Shown here piece after piece: positions 8,564 through 16,502 of a DNA stretch of 61,736 nt. The first letter of the stretch is position 1. Every line of letters begins with the position of its first letter. The position numbers were made by a program, and so were the translations under genes. The stretch covers positions 1-61,736 of the forward strand of contig CAIVGA010000055.1 in assembly GCA_903905325.1 (NCBI GenBank). The letters run 5' to 3'. The notes under the pieces were generated by a model. The model searched no databases and had not been told where the DNA came from. It was given only the letters and a program-made list of their open reading frames with translations. This DNA is from an uncultured bacterium (GTDB lineage: Bacteria > Patescibacteriota > Minisyncoccia > Phycocordibacterales > PALSA-1337).

Positions 8564-9390
8564 ATCTTCTTCGCCTCAATACACATAAAAAGTGGAATCT
8601 CTTTTCTGATACGATCCTCTTCTATGGCTCGTGGACCTTTTTGGCTTTGCTTATGAGAAATCCATTCTTCCAAGCGAATTACAGCAAAACCGGCGCTATT
8701 TAAAGCCTTGAAATATGATTGCAGAGGATGATGAAAAGAGACGGTTTTTGTGGCAGTTTTTACGCTATCCGTACCGGTATTTTTCGCTTTATCAGCATCA
8801 GCACTTGCTCCTGGCTTCATGTCAATCTCTATTTTGGCATCCGACATATATGCGTCAATGCGACGATATTGTTGTGCAGTTTTTTCGTCCCAAACCCAGC
8901 TAGTTTTTTGTGGAATACGGAATACTGGATGATTTATTACCAAAACAAGCCGGCCACCAGGTTTGAGTGCACGAAAAGCTTCAGAAAAAGCTTGTTTCAT
9001 GTCAGAGATATTCTGAATTGCAAGAATAATTGTAGCAACATCAAAATTTTTCGCAGGAGGAAGTTTTTCAGCAGGAGCAACATAATAAGCGATAGGTTTA
9101 AGCGATAGACCAGGTTTTGTACTAGGTTCAGATTTTGATGAAGTATGTTTCCTTGCCAGATCAATAAGCTCTTTAGAAATATCACAGCCATAAACATTGG
9201 CACCAGCCTTTTGAAAAGCACGAGTAAAATATCCTTGACCACAAGCAATATCAAAAATAGACATACCTTCTTTTGGGTCTATGATTCGTAAAATATTTGG
9301 CAAAATTACTTTCTCTTGAAAAGTATTTCCAGATTGTTCAAGAAGATCCTCGTACCACTCGGCTACTCCTCCCCAAGATGTTTTAGTCAT
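8560..9390 (-). CDS. Class I SAM-dependent methyltransferase
   Basis: Motif I IFDIACGQGYFT, motif II-like FDVATIILAIQNI, post-I GCDIS. TAGAAT lies 6 nt upstream of the ATG. Confidence 0.8.
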   Translation of the reverse strand: MTKTSWGGVAEWYEDLLEQSGNTFQEKVILPNILRIIDPKEGMSIFDIACGQGYFTRAFQKAGANVYGCDISKELIDLARKHTSSKSEPSTKPGLSLKPIAYYVAPAEKLPPAKNFDVATIILAIQNISDMKQAFSEAFRALKPGGRLVLVINHPVFRIPQKTSWVWDEKTAQQYRRIDAYMSDAKIEIDMKPGASADADKAKNTGTDSVKTATKTVSFHHPLQSYFKALNSAGFAVIRLEEWISHKQSQKGPRAIEEDRIRKEIPLFMCIEAKKI

Positions 9391-9473
9391 ATGATTATTC
9401 TACCATATACAAATTTAGTCCAGACGCGAAATGCGACTGGGGCTGGTGGAAGTTACTTTAAACAAAAAACAAA

Positions 9474-9648
9474 GGGGTGCGGCTGGTTCCTTCGACATAA
9501 GACGAGTACATTAACAGCCAACCTTAATCAACTTCCGCGCGAGAGTATGTGCGAATAGCTGGTCAGTCAACCATAGCCTAAGGAGGACTCATCGTCACAT
9601 GAGAATCGAGAGGAACCCGACCGCTGGCAGCAAATACTTGCGCCAGCG
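9474..9648. ncRNA. Candidate structured RNA of unassigned class in a 350-nt gene-free gap
   Basis: Long-range helix GCGGCTGGTTCC (9479-9490) with GGAACCCGACCGC (9612-9624), continued by imperfect pairing of TTCGACATAAGACGAG with CTCATCGTCACATGAGAATCGAGA. A second hairpin is CGCTGGC..GCCAGCG at 9622-9648. Strand is not resolved. Confidence 0.3.
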
Positions 9649-9706
9649 AAAAGTAAAAACTGCTCTGATAACATCAGAAACGATATCATTCAAAATGTCA
9701 AGGATA

Positions 9707-9735
9707 TTGAAAATACGCCTAAGAACCTATATAAT
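9707..9735 (+). promoter_or_regulatory. Sigma70-like promoter of eno (TTGAAA-17-TATAAT), start codon 7 nt after the -10 box
   Basis: TTGAAA at 9707-9712, TATAAT at 9730-9735, ATG at 9743. Confidence 0.65.
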
Positions 9736-9739
9736 TTAG

Positions 9740-11038
<1,299 letters not shown>

Positions 11039-11183
11039 GCTTACCACACCTTATACACAGCTTCTCCACCAAGAAATCCCCCATTCTGTCCACTTCTGCC
11101 ATTGACTAACGACAATATAGGTCCATAGTTAATATAGGTTCACCTACCTCTCGAGAGAATTCCTTAACATATTTTCATGGGTC

Positions 11184-11207
11184 CACAAATAAACCGACTC
11201 CGGTCGG
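11184..11207 (-). terminator. Hairpin + T-tract on the minus strand; likely gpmI terminator
   Basis: The minus strand reads CCGAC-CGGA-GTCGG followed by TTTATTTGTGG. Confidence 0.5.
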
Positions 11208-11270
11208 CTACAGGATACCACTTGTTATTTAGGTATCTCTACTCTCTGGTAGATGAACCGCTATGGCACA

Positions 11271-11299
11271 ATAGCTCGCTCCGGCGGGCTATTATGTTA
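11271..11299 (+). terminator. 8-9 bp hairpin (ATAGCTCGC-TCCG-GCGGGCTAT) followed by TATGTTA; possible eno terminator
   Basis: Stem at 11271-11279 pairs with 11284-11292. The downstream tract is only moderately T-rich, and the hairpin abuts the gpmI stop codon. Confidence 0.35.
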
Positions 11300-12865
11300 C
11301 CCCACCAAACTCTTCCCTGTCATAGCCTTTGGAACAGTGACATTGAGAAGACCAAGAACAGTAGGTGCCAAATCAGCCAAACCTCCATCATGAACTTTGT
11401 AATCATGCGAAGTAATAATACATGGTACTGGATTTGTTGTGTGCGATGTATGGCGTGTGCCAGTAATTGGATCAATGTTAACTTCAGCATTACCATGATC
11501 AGCTGTGATGATAGCAACGCCACCAGCCTCTGTTAATGCTCCAATTAAACGCGCCAATTGCGTATCCAAAAATTCAATAGCCTTAATAGTAGCTGGTACA
11601 TTGGCGGTATGACTGACCATGTCGGCGTTTGCATAATTTATAAAAATAAAATCTGGTTGAACCGGAGCATCTCCTGACGCACCAGCACCAGCGCTTCGTC
11701 TGATCTCTTCAATCGCTTTATCCGTAATTCCTTCTGCACGCATTTCTGGAGCTTCGTCGTGAGTCTTCACATCTTTTCTACTTGGCAACATAATATCTCT
11801 CTCACCTTTATAAGGAGTTTCATTTCCACCGTTCAAGAAATATGTAGCATGAGCAAATTTTTCTGTTTCAGCAATATGAACTTGAGTCAGACCAGCGTTC
11901 GAAACTTCTTGGCCTAGAGTTGTCACGATTTTCATCGGAGGAAAAGCCATTTTGCATACAAAGTCTACACAATATTCGGTCAAAGTGACAAATAAAATAT
12001 TGCTACTCTTTTGCTTTTCTATAAGTTTTTCTGAAAGCATACGCGCTCTATCTGCACGGAAATTGAAAAAGAAGACTGCATCATTTTCTTTGATAGCACA
12101 GCCAATGCCTTCCGGATTTGCACAAACAGCAGGTTCCATTAACTCATCAACTTTACCAGCTTTATATTGCTCATCCATATAAGCTGAGGGTTTGATATTG
12201 CAAACATTACCTTTACAATCGAACATGGCTTTTTCCACACGTGCCAAACGATCCCAGTTATTATCACGATCCATTGCATAATATCTTCCAGAAATTGTAG
12301 CGATAAAGAAATTCTGACCAAGTTCGGCCAGCAAAGCCTCAAGTTCTTTCAAATATTCCGAAGCGCTTTGTGGTGGAGTGTCGCGACCGTCTGTAAATAC
12401 GTGAATTGCTACGCGTGGAACATTATTCTTTTTTGCCAGCCTGAGAAATGCATACAAATGTTCTTGATGACTATGGACACCGCCAGGACTTAACAAACCC
12501 TGAACATGTAGAGTGGAATCATATTTTTTTACATGATCAAAAAGTGATAGTAACTCTGGATTCTTATCAAAATCTCCGTCAGCAATCGCTTTATCTATAC
12601 GTACAAGATCAGTGTCGATAGGTGTTCCAGCACCAATAGTCATATGACCCACTTCACTATTACCCATTTGACCTTCTGGAAGACCGACAGCATCTCCAGA
12701 AGCTTTTAGAAGAGAATGTGGATATGTTTTCCAAAGCTGATCAAAAAATGGTTTGCACGCAGCAGCTACAGCGTTGTTCATTGAATCCTCACGATAGCCC
12801 CATCCATCAAGAATAACTAATACAACTGGCTTTGGTGGCTTTGGTTGCTGAGGTGATGTTTTCAT
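11297..12865 (-). CDS. gpmI: 2,3-bisphosphoglycerate-independent phosphoglycerate mutase
   Basis: VVLVILDGWGYRE, GNSEVGHMTIGAG, ITADHGNAE, full-length 522 aa. Confidence 0.95.
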   Translation of the reverse strand: MKTSPQQPKPPKPVVLVILDGWGYREDSMNNAVAAACKPFFDQLWKTYPHSLLKASGDAVGLPEGQMGNSEVGHMTIGAGTPIDTDLVRIDKAIADGDFDKNPELLSLFDHVKKYDSTLHVQGLLSPGGVHSHQEHLYAFLRLAKKNNVPRVAIHVFTDGRDTPPQSASEYLKELEALLAELGQNFFIATISGRYYAMDRDNNWDRLARVEKAMFDCKGNVCNIKPSAYMDEQYKAGKVDELMEPAVCANPEGIGCAIKENDAVFFFNFRADRARMLSEKLIEKQKSSNILFVTLTEYCVDFVCKMAFPPMKIVTTLGQEVSNAGLTQVHIAETEKFAHATYFLNGGNETPYKGERDIMLPSRKDVKTHDEAPEMRAEGITDKAIEEIRRSAGAGASGDAPVQPDFIFINYANADMVSHTANVPATIKAIEFLDTQLARLIGALTEAGGVAIITADHGNAEVNIDPITGTRHTSHTTNPVPCIITSHDYKVHDGGLADLAPTVLGLLNVTVPKAMTGKSLVG

Positions 12866-12869
12866 AATT

Positions 12870-14171
12870 TTATTCTAATACTTTTCTGTTGAATAATTCA
12901 CCGACATATCTAACCAACAACACAGAAGCTGTAGCACAGAATATTCCGAGCGCCCAACCAGCCATGACGTCAGATGCCCAATGAACATTGAGAACTAGAC
13001 GACTGACGCCAATAGCAATAATTAATAATACACAAACCACGAACGTTAGTTCTCGCCATACCCACGAACGAATTTTGGGCATAGCGAGATATGCAACAAT
13101 AACGAAAAAAGCAGCCGCCATAGTAGCGTGACCGCTGGGAAAACTTGGATCTGTAAGTATTTGCAAAGCATTCTCTGGACGTGTGCGCATAAAAAATTCT
13201 TTGAGAATACCAACCATAAAAGCTGAGGAACCTATAGACAAAAGCATAATTGCAGCGGAACGCCATTTCCTTTTAAGAGAAAGGAAAAAAGTAATAATAA
13301 TACAAGCCCAACTGACAGCTATTGTACCGCCAATATTGCTAATAATATCAGCAATATAAGCTATATAAGGTGTCACATGAGTCGCCAGAAAAATATTTAC
13401 TGACACATCAAATCCAGCAAGAGATGTTCCAGAAATAACTGAACCGGCAGCTACAGGCTGAACTGACCATGCATCCTGCACAATCTGAGCCAAAACCCAA
13501 AGGGCAAGCAGGTTGAGTATGAGCATGAAGAGTTCATACTTTTTGAAAACATGAAAACGAATATTGACGAAGCGATATCCCCAAATAATAACAATAGCGG
13601 CACCGATAGCCACAAGAATAAATTTACCCATAAAACCAGCGGCGGCTTGATAACCAGCTCCAAAGGCAAATCCTAGAATAATTGAAGAGACAGCCCAGAT
13701 ACATCCACCAATAATGTTAAATTTCCAAAATTGTTTGTCAGATGTCTTGTTTGTACCAACTAGGAATGGCATAAGCGCGCGCGTCATCGGACTGAGACGT
13801 CCAAGTATCATAGCTTTACCGGTGTGATTTGCGAGTAACTCTTGAGTTTTAGCAATGTGTTTATTTGTAATAAAAAAGAACGGCTTGAGCTTGTCTATAA
13901 GAGAAAGACCATACTTTTTACCAAGAAAATATCCAAGGTAATCTCCCAACAAGGCCGCGGTAATACCTATAAATAAAGTAATCCAGACATTAAAAACTCC
14001 AACTTTAATCAAGAAACCAGCAACAATCAAAGCTACATGACCTGGTACAAGTGTTCCAATCAGAGGAATTCCCTCTAGTAGAACTGTCAAAAACAAAAAA
14101 GGATAACCCCCTATGACAGCTATCGCTTCCATGTTCTTTACAAGGTCACTGAAGATATGTGTATAACCCAT
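12870..14171 (-). CDS. Fusion membrane protein: DedA/SNARE-associated domain + PAP2 (type 2 phosphatidic acid / undecaprenyl-PP phosphatase) domain
   Basis: N-terminal half: LLEGIPLIGTLVPGHV..LGDYLGYFLGKKYG..GRLSPMTRALMPFLVG (DedA). C-terminal half: KEFFMRTRP, PSGH, SRLVLNVHWASD (PAP2 motifs 1-3). The track start at 14363 overlaps the divergent grx gene, so M65 (14171) or M78 (14132) is preferred. Confidence 0.8.
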   Translation of the reverse strand: MGYTHIFSDLVKNMEAIAVIGGYPFLFLTVLLEGIPLIGTLVPGHVALIVAGFLIKVGVFNVWITLFIGITAALLGDYLGYFLGKKYGLSLIDKLKPFFFITNKHIAKTQELLANHTGKAMILGRLSPMTRALMPFLVGTNKTSDKQFWKFNIIGGCIWAVSSIILGFAFGAGYQAAAGFMGKFILVAIGAAIVIIWGYRFVNIRFHVFKKYELFMLILNLLALWVLAQIVQDAWSVQPVAAGSVISGTSLAGFDVSVNIFLATHVTPYIAYIADIISNIGGTIAVSWACIIITFFLSLKRKWRSAAIMLLSIGSSAFMVGILKEFFMRTRPENALQILTDPSFPSGHATMAAAFFVIVAYLAMPKIRSWVWRELTFVVCVLLIIAIGVSRLVLNVHWASDVMAGWALGIFCATASVLLVRYVGELFNRKVLE

Positions 14172-14213
14172 ACGATTGTATAGTTTAGCACGTGCATGAT
14201 ATAATGAAAACCT

Positions 14214-14450
14214 ATGAAAAAAATAACAATCTATTCCACGCCAACTTGCGTATATTGCAATATGGCCAAGACCTTTTTTAAGGCAAACGGGTTCGATTAT
14301 ACAGAGTATAACGTCGCAACCGATCTTCCTCGTCGCAAGGAAATGATCGACAAGACTGGTCAAATGGGTGTTCCAGTCATCGATGTTGATGGAAACGTCG
14401 TCGTAGGTTTTGATGAAGCAAAGTTGAGTGCAACTCTAGGAATCAAATAA
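14214..14450 (+). CDS. Glutaredoxin-like / NrdH-type redoxin (CVYC)
   Basis: KITIYSTPTCVYCNMAKTFF...GVPVIDVDG..VVGFD. TGaTATAAT at 14197-14205 lies 8 nt before the ATG. Confidence 0.85.
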   Translation: MKKITIYSTPTCVYCNMAKTFFKANGFDYTEYNVATDLPRRKEMIDKTGQMGVPVIDVDGNVVVGFDEAKLSATLGIK

Positions 14451-14465
14451 TTGGGAGTTTGTAGG

Positions 14466-14492
14466 AACCGCCAACTGAGGCGGGGTTTTTGT
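14466..14492 (+). terminator. Rho-independent terminator of the redoxin gene
   Basis: CCGCC-AACTGA-GGCGG followed by GGTTTTTGTGTG. Confidence 0.75.
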
Positions 14493-14515
14493 GTGTTACT
14501 TTATGAAGTTTTTTG

Positions 14516-15034
14516 TTACTTCAAAATAAATATAAGGAATAGCGTGATGAAAGTTATCCCTAAACAGAGATCAATTATTATTCCAGTAAGCGACCCTATG
14601 ACCCCGGCACCAGCGGCTTTAAGTGAACCAGCTAAATGAATCGCGTTCTTATGTGCTAGATGTCGTCGTATCAATTCCCCAATCAAGATTCCCACGAATA
14701 ACCCGATAAGTCCACCAAATAGCGGTAATATAAAAGTACCAATAATCACACCAGCAATTCCAAAAAGAAAAGTTTTACCTTGTGCCCCGCCCCATTTTGC
14801 TGCAATAAAGCCAGCGAGTTGATCGACGACGAGTGTAACTAGAGTTATTCCAGCGAGCACCGCAATGTGTGCGCCAGTCAAATAATGTGACTGCGGACTA
14901 ATAAAATGATTAGCCAAGCTATATAAGAGCGACACAATAAACATATACGGAACTCCAGGGAGCATCATTACAGTAGCCAAAAGACCAGGGAGTAAGAGAG
15001 CGGAGAAAATGATGATAAGAGTGAAGGAGAGCAT
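14516..15034 (-). CDS. DUF456-family integral membrane protein
   Basis: Four TM segments, LPGLLATVMMLPGVPYMF and Gly-rich GGLIGLFVGILIG segments typical of DUF456. Assigned from memory of the family, not searched. Confidence 0.6.
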   Translation of the reverse strand: MLSFTLIIIFSALLLPGLLATVMMLPGVPYMFIVSLLYSLANHFISPQSHYLTGAHIAVLAGITLVTLVVDQLAGFIAAKWGGAQGKTFLFGIAGVIIGTFILPLFGGLIGLFVGILIGELIRRHLAHKNAIHLAGSLKAAGAGVIGSLTGIIIDLCLGITFITLFLIFILK

Positions 15035-15130
15035 GTTGATTTTAAATCAAATCCGATTATACTAGTAACTAAGTAACCTCGCCGGACCCAGTGTCCGGTT
15101 TTTCCGTTTTCAGGATCGACTGGCTAACGA

Positions 15131-15397
15131 CTAGATTATGGTGAGTTTCAAACCCAATCCAGAAGTAATTTTCTGGAGAAAAGAAAGAGTGGGGTTTGTC
15201 CTGCCGGATTCAAAACGTGCAAGAGCCGACTGGGTAATTCCCAGTTTTGAAGCCAACTGTTTCTGAGTGAGTTTCTTTTGGATTCGAGTTTCTATAAGCG
15301 CATCGTGAATTTTAAACTCAACTTCAAGACTATCGTAAGCTTTCTTATTTTCTGGATCTCTAAAAAATTCTTCCATGGATTGTTTAAATGTTTTCAT
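15131..15397 (-). CDS. higA: HTH (XRE-family) antitoxin, HigA-like
   Basis: LTQKQLASKLGITQSALARFESGRTNPTLSFLQKI helix-turn-helix. Lies immediately downstream of a RelE/Gp49-like toxin. Confidence 0.75.
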   Translation of the reverse strand: MKTFKQSMEEFFRDPENKKAYDSLEVEFKIHDALIETRIQKKLTQKQLASKLGITQSALARFESGRTNPTLSFLQKITSGLGLKLTII

Positions 15398-15426
15398 AGT
15401 GTTATTAATATAGCATATATGGTATA

Positions 15427-15744
15427 TTAAACAAGTCTACTAATTTCTTTTTGGATTCGCCTAGCATAATTAATATCCCTCAGACTTATTTTCCAAGCTT
15501 TTTTGATAAAACCATGAACAATATATGCTTTATTACTATGGAATATATACAAAATTCTTATTTGATTTTTACCAAGAGTTCTAAGTTCAAATAATCCCTT
15601 ACCTAAGCTTTTAGAATCAGGCATCTCTAATAAATAACCAAATTTTTCAAGGGCCATTATTGTTTTCCTCACATGAGAAGATGTAATTCTATCAAGATCG
15701 TTGACAAAGTTGTCTACTTTTTTATTCCAAAAAATAATTTCCAT
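15427..15744 (-). CDS. higB: RelE/ParE-superfamily toxin, phage Gp49-like (HigB-like)
   Basis: GKGLFELRTLGKNQIRILYIFHSNKAYIVHGFIKK matches the Gp49/HigB core. Toxin-upstream gene order. The start is set at the internal Met (MEIIFW..); 15759 is also possible. Confidence 0.7.
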   Translation of the reverse strand: MEIIFWNKKVDNFVNDLDRITSSHVRKTIMALEKFGYLLEMPDSKSLGKGLFELRTLGKNQIRILYIFHSNKAYIVHGFIKKAWKISLRDINYARRIQKEISRLV

Positions 15745-15831
15745 GCATACATGATACATTACACATCAATAAATGCAAAAAGATCACATTGAATGATGAT
15801 GTACACTACTTTATGGAGTACAAATCAATAG

Positions 15832-15902
15832 TGCGGGTAGGGAGAATCGAACTCCCGTCTCAGCCTTGGGAAGGCCGCATTCTACCACTAAACCATACCC
15901 GC
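15832..15902 (-). tRNA. tRNA-Gly (anticodon CCC), no encoded CCA
   Basis: Reverse complement GCGGGTATGGTTTAGTGGTAGAATGCGGCCTTCCCAAGGCTGAGACGGGAGTTCGATTCTCCCTACCCGCA. Length 71 nt. Confidence 0.9.
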
Positions 15903-15943
15903 ATTGTCTACTGACCACAATAAACCACTAAACCATACCCGCA
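15884..15943 (-). repeat. Perfect 20-bp direct repeat: first 19 nt of tRNA-Gly plus 1 upstream nt duplicated 40 bp upstream
   Basis: ACCACTAAACCATACCCGCA occurs at 15884-15903 and again at 15924-15943. Confidence 0.9.
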
Positions 15944-15946
15944 AAT

Positions 15947-16342
15947 CTAAAACGGCCAAAATCTACTCCACCAACTTTGTCCGGACGTCGAACTTGCCAC
16001 GCCACCATTGCCGGCAACTGTCGACGAGGCGGAACCGGTATTATCATCCAAAATCACCGCCACTGATTCCCCTTCTTTGACTGCACGATATTTTGTGCGA
16101 AGCTCCGACTCAATACCACCAGACGAAGAAAGTTGATCGATTTTTCCAGATAGATCATCTTTTTGTGCTTCCAAACGATCTATCTCAGCTTGAGTCTCAG
16201 CCGCCTTGATAGAAACAGATTCATCGGATTTGTGAATATTCCATGCAGCACGAGTCAAAAAAACCAGAATAATTATTCCAGCAACAAACATAAATGGCGA
16301 TGAGACCAACGATTGCCAAAAGGAATGATGATGGTTTTTCAT
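15947..16342 (-). CDS. Septum formation initiator-like protein (FtsB/DivIC family)
   Basis: One N-terminal TM, then a coiled coil (AETQAEIDRLEAQKDDLSGKIDQL) and ..ELRTKYRAVKEGESV.., typical of FtsB/DivIC. Confidence 0.55.
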   Translation of the reverse strand: MKNHHHSFWQSLVSSPFMFVAGIIILVFLTRAAWNIHKSDESVSIKAAETQAEIDRLEAQKDDLSGKIDQLSSSGGIESELRTKYRAVKEGESVAVILDDNTGSASSTVAGNGGVASSTSGQSWWSRFWPF

Positions 16343-16382
16343 ATTTGCGATTTATACGCTCTTTAAGTATACTAGATTTACT

Positions 16383-16490
16383 ATGTTATTTCATGAAAAA
16401 ACAAAGAAAGCTGTAAGTGTTGGTTTTGCCGTAGTCTGCGTACTTGTCATCATCAGCATGGTTATCGCTTATTTCCCAGGCTGGAGGTAG
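16383..16490 (+). CDS. Possible 35-aa single-TM micro-protein (below ORF-track cutoff)
   Basis: ATG..TAG encodes MLFHEKTKKAVSVGFAVVCVLVIISMVIAYFPGWR in an otherwise empty 160-nt gap. Confidence 0.25.
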   Translation: MLFHEKTKKAVSVGFAVVCVLVIISMVIAYFPGWR

Positions 16491-16502
16491 AACTTCCGCA
16501 AA

